Shown piece by piece: positions 45,664 through 54,841 of a stretch of DNA of 63,022 bases (positions within the stretch are counted from its first letter, which is position 1; each line of letters begins with the position of its first letter). Position numbers and translations under genes: made by a program. The notes under the pieces were generated by a model. The model saw nothing but the letters and a program-made list of their open reading frames with translations, had not been told where the DNA came from and searched no databases. This DNA is from Terriglobales bacterium (GTDB lineage Bacteria; Acidobacteriota; Terriglobia; Terriglobales; Acidobacteriaceae). The stretch is taken from contig JBELAC010000001.1 in assembly GCA_049509215.1 (NCBI GenBank), positions 1 to 63,022 of the forward strand, read 5' to 3'.

Positions 45664-46569
45664 TCAGACAGGCGTATTGGTGGGCGAAGGTTCGACAACC
45701 TCGCTCACACGCAACCCATAGTTGCCGTCGATGACAACCACGTCGCCACGAGCGATAACCCGTCCATCGAGCAGCAGATCGACCGGCGAGTTGAGTGGGT
45801 TATCGAGTTCAACCACCAGTCCCGAACTCAAGGCGAGTACATCGCGCAGCAGCATGCGCCTGGTTCCAAATCGCAGTTTTACGCCGAGCCCAACATCGAG
45901 CAGACGCTGATAACCGGCTGCCGGCGGTTCGAGTGCGGAAGAAGACGCAAAGGAGGGCGTTGCGGTATTTCCTGGGGTAGCCCGCAACTCTGGCGCAGCG
46001 GAAGCTCGAGGAACTGCCGAACCGTGCGATGCGAGCGCGTGGGCCAGGGCGGGACTAATGCGGATCTCGATGGCGATCTCGGTCCCGGCTTCGCCCCTCG
46101 TTCGAATACTGGCCAGCGCGTCTGAGGTTCGGGCCCAAGGTGCTTCCGTACTCGAAACCCGCAACTGTACTTCGCCCCCCAGTTCGGACCCGGCTGTGGT
46201 CGCGGCCAGCCCCGCAACCTGCCTTAACATTTCCTCAAGCGCCTCGCGGTCGTCATTGCTGAGCGCCTCTGTATTCTTGGGATCCCCTCCTTCCGCCGTT
46301 GATGCCTCCGTTTCCCCGAGAAACTTGCGGGCAAGACGAACCGCCGCGTTCTGCGATAGGCGCAGAGACATCTCTCCCTGCACTGAGCCTGCGGCGACGA
46401 CCGTGAAACATTGGTCGGAATCGCTGGCGGCAAGCGGCTCAAGGATCGTTTCGAAAACCACGGGTTTGCCGGAGACTTGAGACAGCACGTTCTGTGTACA
46501 GTTTCTCCAGGCCTCAAACCAGTGCTGGAAGTCACCCTTGATCTTGTTTGAAGCGCCGCCGTCACTCAT
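45664..46569 (-). CDS. fliN: flagellar motor switch protein, long FliN/FliY-type (N-terminal extension + SpoA domain)
   Basis: C-terminal LDVGLGVKLRFGTRRMLLRDVLALSSGLVVELDNPLNSPVDLLLDGRVIARGDVVVIDGNYGLRVSEVV is the SpoA/FliN domain. 4-nt overlap with fliM. Confidence 0.8.
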   Translation of the reverse strand: MSDGGASNKIKGDFQHWFEAWRNCTQNVLSQVSGKPVVFETILEPLAASDSDQCFTVVAAGSVQGEMSLRLSQNAAVRLARKFLGETEASTAEGGDPKNTEALSNDDREALEEMLRQVAGLAATTAGSELGGEVQLRVSSTEAPWARTSDALASIRTRGEAGTEIAIEIRISPALAHALASHGSAVPRASAAPELRATPGNTATPSFASSSALEPPAAGYQRLLDVGLGVKLRFGTRRMLLRDVLALSSGLVVELDNPLNSPVDLLLDGRVIARGDVVVIDGNYGLRVSEVVEPSPTNTPV

Positions 46570-47552
46570 GGCTCACCTGCCGAAAGAAGCTGAGGTTCGA
46601 GCGCGAGGACGCGAGCACCACGGTGCAGGTTGACCCGCACCGGTGCTGCCGAACAGAGCGGCACGTCTTCGACCCCGAGAATGGCTGCCGCGGATGCCTG
46701 GCGTCGAAATGCAAGCTGATCGCCGGCCGACAGATGGGACAGCCTCTCCAGAGGAACATCCAGTTCCTGCAACGCCAGTTCTAACGAGAATTGGCAATCG
46801 AGAAGTTTTTTCTGGATCTGACAACGGGATTCAATCGGACTGCGAGGCCGCTGATACCCACTGTCTGCGGATATCTTCCGCAGGAGTGCATTCGAAACCA
46901 GGGCTGGCACTGCGAGGTTTAGCGTGCCGCGCGCGTCTGACATTCTAATTTCGAAACTCAGACACAGATTCTTTTCGTCGGGTGACATCAGCCGCACGGC
47001 CTGCGAAATCTGCAGGCAAGCTCCAAAATCGAATTCGAGATTGATGGCCTGCCAGCTTGCCTGAAGATCCCGGCAGATAATGCGTACCATGCCTTCCAGA
47101 ATCTGGTTTTCAATCTCGGTGAGGTCGCGCGAGATTTCTCCTGAATTGCCTTCTCCTCCCAGCATGATGTCAATGATGGGCAGCGCAATTCCCAAATCGA
47201 GCTGCAAGATCGCCACGGCGCCAAAGGGCGTTACGTTGTACGATGCAAGGTACGTTTTGTCCGGGACACGCTGCAGAAATTCGCGATAAGTGAGATGTTC
47301 GGCCGAAACCAGACTGCAGTCAAAGACAACTCTTAAGAATCCGCCCGCCGACGTTGTAAGATTGCGCGCAAACAATTCATGAAGCTGGTTGATCGCGCGC
47401 AGCTGCTCGCGCCCGATTTGCCCGGCTTGTCGAATGTCCCACGCTTGCACGACTGGCCCGCTCGAACTGCTGGATGCTTCTGCACCCGACCGCGCCGCCC
47501 GCACCATTTCATCGATTTCGCGCTGGTTTAGAACTTTCTCCATAAGCCGCAA
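46566..47552 (-). CDS. fliM: flagellar motor switch protein FliM
   Basis: N-terminal LNQREIDEMV (the LSQxEIDxLL-type motif). Size and position are as expected, with a C-terminal SpoA-like region. Confidence 0.8.
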   Translation of the reverse strand: MRLMEKVLNQREIDEMVRAARSGAEASSSSSGPVVQAWDIRQAGQIGREQLRAINQLHELFARNLTTSAGGFLRVVFDCSLVSAEHLTYREFLQRVPDKTYLASYNVTPFGAVAILQLDLGIALPIIDIMLGGEGNSGEISRDLTEIENQILEGMVRIICRDLQASWQAINLEFDFGACLQISQAVRLMSPDEKNLCLSFEIRMSDARGTLNLAVPALVSNALLRKISADSGYQRPRSPIESRCQIQKKLLDCQFSLELALQELDVPLERLSHLSAGDQLAFRRQASAAAILGVEDVPLCSAAPVRVNLHRGARVLALEPQLLSAGEP

Positions 47553-47558
47553 TCTCTC

Positions 47559-48350
47559 CTAGGGGCACCCCGCGCTCGCGCCTTTGGTATGGACAGGTCC
47601 CAGGTTTATATCCAGGAAACTGAGCCGGGCGCGAAGTCGAACCATCGCGAGCGAATGAATCTGCGAAACACGCGACTCGCCGATGCCGAGTACCGCTCCC
47701 ACCTCTTTCATGGTGAGCTCTTCAAAATAGTAAAGAGAAAGCACGCGCTGCTCTTTTTCCGGCAGTTCCGAAATCGCCTCCGCCAGCAAATCCTTCAACT
47801 CGGAACGGAGACATTGAAAGAATGGCGTTTCCTCGGGCTTCGACGCAACCGAGTCGGCGAGATTTTCCTCCTTGCCATCATGTGGGGATTCGACCCGCAG
47901 GCTTCCGATCTCGAGTGAATCGAGTTCAGCCAGCAATGCCTGCAGTTCATCGAGCCGCAGCCCCATTTCGTGCGCCAGTTCGTTCTCAGTGGGTGTGCGT
48001 CCGAGACGGGAAGCGAGCTGGCTATGTGCCTCTTCCACCTGCCGCCCTTTGCGGCGCAATTCGCGCGGACTCCAGTCGAGTTCTCGCAAGCTATCGAGGA
48101 TCGCTCCCCGGATCCTGAACTTGGCGTAAGAACTGAACTGCACGTGCTTAGACTGGTCAAACTTGCCGAAAGCATCGATCAGCCCGACAACTCCGGCGTG
48201 AACCAGATCTTCAAAAGGAACATGACGTGGCAGACGCTCATGAATCCGCCTTGCGATATATCGCACCTGCGGCAACTGCTCCAGCAGGATGCGTTCACGT
48301 TCGGCCTCGGCCAAGACGGATTGATAGGCTTCAACAGCACGTTTCGGCAT
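47559..48350 (-). CDS. fliA: flagellar sigma-28 factor FliA
   Basis: GAGGAG SD then MPKRAVEAYQ. Regions 2-4 present (YIARRI, FEDLVHAGVVGLIDA, VLSLYYFEELTMKEVGAVLGIGESRVSQIHS). Confidence 0.9.
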   Translation of the reverse strand: MPKRAVEAYQSVLAEAERERILLEQLPQVRYIARRIHERLPRHVPFEDLVHAGVVGLIDAFGKFDQSKHVQFSSYAKFRIRGAILDSLRELDWSPRELRRKGRQVEEAHSQLASRLGRTPTENELAHEMGLRLDELQALLAELDSLEIGSLRVESPHDGKEENLADSVASKPEETPFFQCLRSELKDLLAEAISELPEKEQRVLSLYYFEELTMKEVGAVLGIGESRVSQIHSLAMVRLRARLSFLDINLGPVHTKGASAGCP

Positions 48351-48407
48351 GCTGGACTCCTCGTGTGGAAGACACTTTCTTAAGTGCATTTGTCGAAACA
48401 AAGTTTT

Positions 48408-50492
48408 TCATCGAACCGTCCCCAAAGACTGCACCGGAACCATGGGAGGAATTTCGAGCGGCGAAAGCACGACCACCTTCGGCAAAAAGGGCTCGAGCAG
48501 GCGCCGCAGATGGAAGCGCGCCGGAGTGGGACAAAGCAAAATCGGCGCCGTCTGCGCCACTTGCGCCCCCCCCAGTTGTTTGAGGCTATCGAGTACGCGC
48601 CGGACAAAAGAAGGCTGCAGACCCGTACTCGTTGCAGGCGCGGTCTGCGGCGCAAACGCGCGGTTGAGCTCTTCTTCGATCGTGTGATCGAGCGTGAGCA
48701 CGCGTAAGCCACCATCGTCGGAGAGCAGCGGGCGAACCAGCGCCCGGCCCAGCGCCTGCCGCGATGCTTCCACCAGCAGCACGGGGTGCTTGGTGGAAAC
48801 CGACACGTCAAGAAGCGACTCGAGAATGGTCGATAGATCGCGGATCGAGACTTGCTCGCGCAACAACTGCTGCAGAACTTTCTGCACCTCGCCCAGCGAG
48901 AGTGTTTTCGGAACCAGTTCCTCGGCCAGCTTGGGATGACTTTCGCCCAGCCGGTCGAGCAGCCGCTTGGTCTCCTGCCGGGTAAGCAGTTCGTAGGCGT
49001 GCTGACGGATGACTTCGGCGAGGTGCGTCGAGAGCACCGAAGTCTGATCGACAACTGCATACCCGCTTGCAAGCGCCTGAGACTCGAGAGTGCGATCGAT
49101 CCAAAGAGCGGCCACTCCAAATGCGGGCTCGCGAGTCGGAGTTCCGGCGAGTGGCGGAGGCGTCAGCTCAGAACTGATGGCGAGCACACGGTCGTCGAGC
49201 ATCTCCCAGCGTGCAATTTCGACACCGCGCAGCGAAATTACATACTCGCGAGGTTTCAGCCGGACATTGTCCGTAATGTGAATCGGCGGAACAAGGAAGC
49301 CAAGTTGCAGTGCTAGGGTGCTACGCAGTGACTTGACGCGCGCCAGAAGCTGTCCCCCTTGCTGTGCGTCGACCAGCGAAACCAGCGCGTAGCCCACTTC
49401 GAGCGATAGTTCGTCAAGCTTCAGTAGGTCCTCGAGCGAGTCGCTCTTCGCACCTTTCTTTTCTTTTCCGGGCGACGAGCCCACGCCGGTCTGGTCTTTT
49501 TCTGCTTCTTTCGGCGCCGCCGGAAGGCGCGATGACAGGAATGCGGCAAAGCCGGCGATCGCCAGAAATGACAATTTCGGCAAGCCGGGAATCATGGCCA
49601 ATGCGGCCATCACACCAGCGGCAATCTGCAAGGGCCTGCGACGCGAAAGGAGCTGGGTTCCCAAGTCGACGGAAAGCGTGGAACCCGACGACGCCCGCGT
49701 AACGACCATGCCCCCCGCCATCGAGACCAGCAGCGATGGGATCATCGTCACCAGTCCGTCCCCTACCGTGAGGATAGTGTAAGTTTTCAGCGCTTCTCGG
49801 AAAGGTATGTCAAGCTGAAAGACTCCGATGAGGAAACCGGCGAGAATATTAATGGCGGTAATCAGAATGGTGGCAATCGAGTCGCGCTGGTTGAAGCGGG
49901 CCGCGCCGTCCATCGCTCCGTAGAACTCGGCTTCGCGCGCCACCTGATCCCGCCGCGCACGCGCCTGGTGCTCATCGATCAGCCCTGCATTGAGGTCGGC
50001 ATCGATGGCCATCTGTTTGCCAGGCAAAGCATCGAGAGTGAAACGTGCCGTGACTTCGGCCGTGCGCACCGCGCCGTGGCTGACCACGATGTACTGGATC
50101 GCGATCAGCGCCAGGAAAAGAACGAATCCGACAACATAATTGCCGCCCACTACGAACTGGCCGAAGGCTTCGATCACGCGTCCGGCCGCGGACGCGCCTT
50201 CATTTCCGTGCAACAGAATGCGGCGGCTTGAAGCAAGGTTCAACGAAAGCCGGAACAAGGTGAGCAGCAACAGCAGACTGGGAAAGACCGAGAACTGTGC
50301 CGGGCGCAGGATCTGAAGCGCGCTCAGCAGCACCAGCACGGAGGCCGCAATGCTGGTGGCCAGCAAGAGATCGAGCACCAGCGCTGGGAGCGGAACGAGC
50401 ATGACGAAAACCAGGCTCACGGCGGCCAGTGGGACGATCCACTCGCTGAGCGGATTGCGGGCGGGTGCGGTGGCGGCTGCGGCGGGCATCAA
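48408..50492 (-). CDS. flhA: flagellar export apparatus protein FlhA
   Basis: 694 aa. TM domain with FVVGGNYVVGFVLF...RFTLDALPGKQMAIDADL, plus a C-terminal cytoplasmic domain. Confidence 0.97.
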   Translation of the reverse strand: MMPAAAATAPARNPLSEWIVPLAAVSLVFVMLVPLPALVLDLLLATSIAASVLVLLSALQILRPAQFSVFPSLLLLLTLFRLSLNLASSRRILLHGNEGASAAGRVIEAFGQFVVGGNYVVGFVLFLALIAIQYIVVSHGAVRTAEVTARFTLDALPGKQMAIDADLNAGLIDEHQARARRDQVAREAEFYGAMDGAARFNQRDSIATILITAINILAGFLIGVFQLDIPFREALKTYTILTVGDGLVTMIPSLLVSMAGGMVVTRASSGSTLSVDLGTQLLSRRRPLQIAAGVMAALAMIPGLPKLSFLAIAGFAAFLSSRLPAAPKEAEKDQTGVGSSPGKEKKGAKSDSLEDLLKLDELSLEVGYALVSLVDAQQGGQLLARVKSLRSTLALQLGFLVPPIHITDNVRLKPREYVISLRGVEIARWEMLDDRVLAISSELTPPPLAGTPTREPAFGVAALWIDRTLESQALASGYAVVDQTSVLSTHLAEVIRQHAYELLTRQETKRLLDRLGESHPKLAEELVPKTLSLGEVQKVLQQLLREQVSIRDLSTILESLLDVSVSTKHPVLLVEASRQALGRALVRPLLSDDGGLRVLTLDHTIEEELNRAFAPQTAPATSTGLQPSFVRRVLDSLKQLGGAQVAQTAPILLCPTPARFHLRRLLEPFLPKVVVLSPLEIPPMVPVQSLGTVR

Positions 50493-51613
50493 CGCTGTAC
50501 CTCAGATGGATCGGCGAGAGAGCGGCCAGCGAGCGGAACGGAGCCGGAGCCCGGCGCCCGGGAGTTAAGGGCGCGCGCCTGCGCGCGATAGATCGCCGCC
50601 AGGACTTCAGCGACAACCGCGTAGAGTTTCGGAGGAACGCTTCCGCCGATCTCGACGCTCCGGTAGAGCAGATGTGCCAGCGGTTTATTTTCCACGATGG
50701 CGATGTTGTGCCAGCGCGCAATCTCCTTGATTTCGCTGGCGAGCCGGTCGCGCCCCTTCGCGACCACGACCGGCGCCGGCATATCGGGACGGTATTCGAG
50801 CGCGATCGCGTAAGACGTGGGATTCGTGATGACGACTGTGGCGCGCTTGGCATCCTCGAGCATGCGCCGTCGCCGTACCTGACGCTGCAGGCGCCGGATG
50901 CGCGACTTGATCACCGGATTGCCTTCGCTCTCCTTATATTCGTCAACCAATTCTTGCCGGCTCATCTTCAGCTCGCTCTCCAGATGACGCCGCTCGAACA
51001 AATAGTCGAGCAAGGCCCACAACAGGAGCACCAGCGCCGATTTCCACGCCATTTCAAAAACGCGATTGGCGGCAAATCCGGTCAAGCCTCGCGCATTGCG
51101 CGAGGAAAGTGTCACCAAGGAACACCAGTCGCGCCGCAGGCAACTCACCGCCATGCAGACAACGGCAGACGCTGGCAGCAGCGACTTGAGCAGCGAGCGC
51201 AATGCGGTAATCGAGAATAGCTGCTGCAGCCGGGCTGCCGGGCTAACGCGTGAGAGCGTCGGCAACAGCGATGCTGGAGCGAAAACCAGCCCTCCCTGCG
51301 CCAGGGCCGATGAGATCGCAACCGTCCAACTCAGCCCGAGCGCGGCGGCCACGCCCGCAAGAAGTCTGGAATGCGTAATGAGCGCGGACAGACTGTCCAT
51401 CCGCAACGCCCCGGAAGCACCCCCCTCGACGCAATCGCGAAGGAATGATCGCCACAGCAGCGGGAAGCTCGACATCTCGGTGACGAGAACCAGCGTGGCC
51501 GCAACTCCCGCCGACGCGCCGATGAGGTCGCGACTGCGCGCGACCTGTCCTTTCTCGCGCGCCTTCTCGCGCCGACGTGGTGTCGCCTGCTCGGTCTGGT
51601 TGGATTGGGCCAT
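50489..51613 (-). CDS. flhB: flagellar export apparatus protein FlhB
   Basis: N-terminal EQATPRRREKAREKGQVARSRDL. The autocleavage region reads VVITNPTSYAIAL. 4-nt overlap with flhA. Confidence 0.93.
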   Translation of the reverse strand: MAQSNQTEQATPRRREKAREKGQVARSRDLIGASAGVAATLVLVTEMSSFPLLWRSFLRDCVEGGASGALRMDSLSALITHSRLLAGVAAALGLSWTVAISSALAQGGLVFAPASLLPTLSRVSPAARLQQLFSITALRSLLKSLLPASAVVCMAVSCLRRDWCSLVTLSSRNARGLTGFAANRVFEMAWKSALVLLLWALLDYLFERRHLESELKMSRQELVDEYKESEGNPVIKSRIRRLQRQVRRRRMLEDAKRATVVITNPTSYAIALEYRPDMPAPVVVAKGRDRLASEIKEIARWHNIAIVENKPLAHLLYRSVEIGGSVPPKLYAVVAEVLAAIYRAQARALNSRAPGSGSVPLAGRSLADPSEVQR

Positions 51614-51625
51614 AACGAAACGTGG

Positions 51626-52441
51626 TCAGTGCGCGAGTTTCAAAATCCTTTCCGAAGCGTCGAGTGCCGCGGCAAAGCGCGCATCGAAAAAGCGCGGCCA
51701 GAACGAAATCGCCCCCATCAGCAATGCCAGGCCCAGGACATTCTTCAGAGAAATGCCGATAAACAGCACCGGCAGCTGCGGCGAGGCCTTGCCGAGAAAT
51801 CCCAGAGCCACATCGGCGAACAAGCTGGCCACCACGACCGGTGCCGCAATCTGCAGGCCCGCTACCAGCATGCTGGAACTGAAAACCAGCAGCGCTGAGA
51901 TTGCGGGCCAGGTCAGGCACAAGCGCCCGGGCGGCAGATACGCGAACGTCCGCGCCAATCCGCGCAGCAACCACTGCGGCACGCTGAGTTGAATGAAAAG
52001 CTGCAGCACGACCAGTTGATAGAGCGTGGCCAGCACCGGCGAATCGGCCTGGCTGTCAGGATTGAGGACGCTCGCGAGCGAGTAGCCCATTTGCACTCCG
52101 CAAACCTGTCCCGCCAATTGAGCAGCCTCAAAGACGAACTGCATCGTGAAGCCAAGCACAAAGCCGATGGCGAACTCTTCGCCGAGCAGGATGGCAATGC
52201 CCGGTGCTCCCAAACCGGACGGGATTTCCGGCACGAAGGGCGTAAGAAACACCGTCAGCAGAAACGCAAGTCCCGCTCGGACGCGCAGCGGAATAGCAAC
52301 GCTGCCGAGAAAAGGACTAACGACCAGCAGTCCGCTGACGCGCGCAAGCGCAATCATCCAGGTGAGCACCGTGCCAGGAAGCGCCCCGTCCATCGATACC
52401 CCAACAAGGTTGGCAAAAACAGTCATTTTCGAAAACTTCAC
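51626..52441 (-). CDS. fliR: flagellar export apparatus protein FliR
   Basis: Polytopic membrane protein in the canonical fliPQR-flhB order. Confidence 0.88.
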   Translation of the reverse strand: MKFSKMTVFANLVGVSMDGALPGTVLTWMIALARVSGLLVVSPFLGSVAIPLRVRAGLAFLLTVFLTPFVPEIPSGLGAPGIAILLGEEFAIGFVLGFTMQFVFEAAQLAGQVCGVQMGYSLASVLNPDSQADSPVLATLYQLVVLQLFIQLSVPQWLLRGLARTFAYLPPGRLCLTWPAISALLVFSSSMLVAGLQIAAPVVVASLFADVALGFLGKASPQLPVLFIGISLKNVLGLALLMGAISFWPRFFDARFAAALDASERILKLAH

Positions 52442-52457
52442 TCGAATCCCGCGAATC

Positions 52458-52727
52458 TCAGTGCAAAAGCGAGTGGAAGTCGCTCCACATGCCGATCGTG
52501 AAAACCATCAGCCGCCGCAACATCCATGGCATAAGGAGCAACGCTGCCGTCGCCACCGCGGCCAGTCGCGGCACGGTCGAGATGGTCTGATCCTGCAGAG
52601 AAGTCAGCACCTGTCCGACGTTCACCAGCAGGCTAATCAGCGTGGCAATCGCGAGCAACGGCGCAACCAGCAGGAAAGCCATCGCAAGTGTGTTACGAAG
52701 CAGACCGATGATTTCCGAAGTCTCCAT
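52458..52727 (-). CDS. fliQ: flagellar export apparatus protein FliQ
   Basis: 89 aa with two TM segments. VGQVLTSLQDQTIS is the conserved loop. Confidence 0.9.
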   Translation of the reverse strand: METSEIIGLLRNTLAMAFLLVAPLLAIATLISLLVNVGQVLTSLQDQTISTVPRLAAVATAALLLMPWMLRRLMVFTIGMWSDFHSLLH

Positions 52728-52736
52728 CTGTGCCTT

Positions 52737-53492
52737 TCAACTAAAGCTCCGCATGAGGGAGCCGATCAGCAGATTCCAGCCGTCGACCACCACGAATAAG
52801 AGAATCTTGAGTGGGGTCGAGATGACGACCGGAGGCAACTGCATCATCCCAACCGAGGTGGTAATCGCGGCCGTAACCAGGTCAATTACCAGAAAAGGAA
52901 GAAACAATGCGGCGCCGATGCGAAATCCCACTTGTAATTCGGACAGAAGATAGGCGGGTGCAACCACGCGCATGCCAAGATCGTCCGGCCCGGCCGGGCG
53001 CGGCACATGCGCCAGCTCGACAAACAGCGCCAGATCTTTTTCCCGGGTGTACTTCAGCATGAAGTGCCGAAGCGGTGCAGCCGCGCGCTCGAGCGCAACC
53101 ATCGACGTGATCTTCCCCGCATCCAGCGGAACGAGCGCACCTGAATAGATGGCTGCTCCCACCGGCTGCATGAGAAAAAAAGTCAGAATGAGCGCGAGCC
53201 CGATGAGCATCTGGTTCGAAGGCGCAGTCTGCGTACCCAACGCCTGCCGCAGAAAATGGAACACGACCAGCAACCGGACAAAAGGTGTCATGCAGAGCAC
53301 GATCGTCGGCAACAGGGTCAGCAGCGTGAGCAGAACGACGATGTTCCACGGAACGGAGTTCACCGGAAGGCCGTTGAGCGACAGGCCCGACGGACTTTGC
53401 ACCTGAGAGCGAGCCCATAGATCGGGTGCAAGGCCGAGGGAAAACGGCACGACCGCGTACCAGCATCTTGAGCGTCTTTGCGTCGTCGTCAT
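52737..53492 (-). CDS. fliP: flagellar export apparatus protein FliP
   Basis: TLLPTIVLCMTPFVRLLVVFHFLRQALG and FLPFLVIDLVTAAITTSVGMMQLPP are hallmark FliP segments. Confidence 0.93.
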   Translation of the reverse strand: MTTTQRRSRCWYAVVPFSLGLAPDLWARSQVQSPSGLSLNGLPVNSVPWNIVVLLTLLTLLPTIVLCMTPFVRLLVVFHFLRQALGTQTAPSNQMLIGLALILTFFLMQPVGAAIYSGALVPLDAGKITSMVALERAAAPLRHFMLKYTREKDLALFVELAHVPRPAGPDDLGMRVVAPAYLLSELQVGFRIGAALFLPFLVIDLVTAAITTSVGMMQLPPVVISTPLKILLFVVVDGWNLLIGSLMRSFS

Positions 53493-53821
53493 AACCGCGA
53501 TTCCTCGGATGTATCTCCGCCGCCATCGGCCCTCGAGATCGGAGTCGCGTCGGGCAAGCGCGCCAGCAGTGTCACCGCAGACGGACTGGAGCCAATCAAG
53601 AACCTTTTTCGTTCAAATTCGACGACCACCACAAACCGTCGATCGCCGAGCGCGCGCGTTTCCCCCACCCGAAGCAGCTTCGGAGCTCCGTGGGTACGTG
53701 ACTTCAGTGCTCCCCACCATCCTTCGAGCTTCCGCCGGACAATCGTGAACGCGACCGGCAACGCCTGCGGAACGGGGTTGGGGGGGGCAACCAGCATCAA
53801 GTGCGTCGGCGTAATTTTCAT
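53489..53821 (-). CDS. fliO: putative FliO/FliZ-like protein
   Basis: Sits immediately upstream of fliP, with LRVGETRALGDRRFVVVVEFERKRFLIGSSPSAVTLLARL resembling the FliO C-terminal region. The N-terminal TM segment is weak. Confidence 0.5.
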   Translation of the reverse strand: MKITPTHLMLVAPPNPVPQALPVAFTIVRRKLEGWWGALKSRTHGAPKLLRVGETRALGDRRFVVVVEFERKRFLIGSSPSAVTLLARLPDATPISRADGGGDTSEESRL

Positions 53822-54091
53822 TCAGGCCAACTCCGTCAGTCGCACGGCAACATGATTGTTCACAATTTCAAATTCGCTCCAGGCAATCAGCGCCCCATTG
53901 ATGCGCAGCGGCACGTCTTCGCCGACCACCCAGCGTGTGTCGACCAGACGGCCATTCTCCATCGCGACCAGATCGGCAACCGTAAAGTCAGGAACCGGAA
54001 TTTCGATCGACAGCACACAGGGCAGCCCTTCGACGCGCGTCCAGGGATCCGCTGTGGGGATTTCAGGCTTAGGTTGAGCCGCGGCGCCCAT
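53822..54091 (-). CDS. fliN: flagellar motor switch protein FliN (short, SpoA domain only)
   Basis: LPCVLSIEIPVPDFTVADLVAMENGRLVDTRWVVGEDVPLRINGALIAWSEFEIVNNHVAVRLTEL. TAATG overlap with fliL. Confidence 0.85.
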   Translation of the reverse strand: MGAAAQPKPEIPTADPWTRVEGLPCVLSIEIPVPDFTVADLVAMENGRLVDTRWVVGEDVPLRINGALIAWSEFEIVNNHVAVRLTELA

Positions 54092-54657
54092 TACGTCTGC
54101 ACCAGAAATTCCGTGAAGTAGACATTTTCCACTCCGAGTGCGGGCGCGCGTTCCTGCAAGCCTCTCAGTATTCGTTCTTTGAGCTTCTGCTTGCCGTCTG
54201 CTGCGAGTAACTCTTCTGGCTGCGCGCTCGCGAGGACAGCGAGAACGGTGTCGCGCACCAGAGCAACTGGCGCTTCCTCTTTCTTGCCCGGCGGGCGTGA
54301 CAAACCGAGCGTGACACCAACCCGCAGGTAAGAACGCGCACTGGCGCCGCCAACATTGACTACAAACGTTTCAAGAACCAGCGTGGCCTCAGGCGTGCCT
54401 TGGGTCGCCGCAACATTGGCGTGACTGCCCGGCCACAACCAGAAACATCCAGTCGCCATCGCGATCGCGGTCGCGACATAAATCCAGCCTTTCTTATTCG
54501 CCGCCCGCTTCTTGACCGCGCCGGGCGGAGATAATCTCGCGGTTCCCCCTTGATCACCGTCCTTCGAAGCATTCGAGTACGACGGCTCAGCCTGTAATCC
54601 GATCATGCAAACAGGAGTGCAAGCCGGATGCCCAGAGCCGGCAGGACGATTGCACAA
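54091..54657 (-). CDS. fliL: flagellar basal-body-associated protein FliL
   Basis: A single TM segment, then LETFVVNV......YLRVGVTL and a C-terminus VYFTEFLVQ. Start uncertain (TTG 54657 or ATG 54606). Confidence 0.75.
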   Translation of the reverse strand: MCNRPAGSGHPACTPVCMIGLQAEPSYSNASKDGDQGGTARLSPPGAVKKRAANKKGWIYVATAIAMATGCFWLWPGSHANVAATQGTPEATLVLETFVVNVGGASARSYLRVGVTLGLSRPPGKKEEAPVALVRDTVLAVLASAQPEELLAADGKQKLKERILRGLQERAPALGVENVYFTEFLVQT

Positions 54658-54788
54658 AAGGGAGACCCGCTAAACGCGGCCAAATCATGGATTGGCCAAG
54701 CGTTTCGCTGCTTTCTGGCTATCCGTGCAAGCTAGAAGACAACCGCTTGCGTTCATCTAAGAGCGTTCTCATTGAGACTTTCTTATAA

Positions 54789-54814
54789 GGGCCGCGGGTT
54801 GTTCCCGCGGCCCC
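54789..54814 (-). terminator. GC-rich hairpin downstream of flgE (candidate terminator / operon boundary)
   Basis: gggccgcggg-ttgttc-cccgcggccc. On the minus strand it is followed by ttataagaaag, a weak U-tract. Confidence 0.5.
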
Positions 54815-54841
54815 TGACCCTTCACACATCGGCGTCGGCGC

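Noticed and set aside
54658-54841. Sigma-28 (TAAA-N15-GCCGATAA) or sigma-54 (TGGCAC-N5-TTGC) promoters upstream of fliL and upstream of fliK (58831-59013).
   Set aside because: There are only weak partial matches, for example TGGCC-N5-TGAT. A GCCGATAA string at 32558-32565 lies inside the ytxH coding sequence and is probably coincidental.
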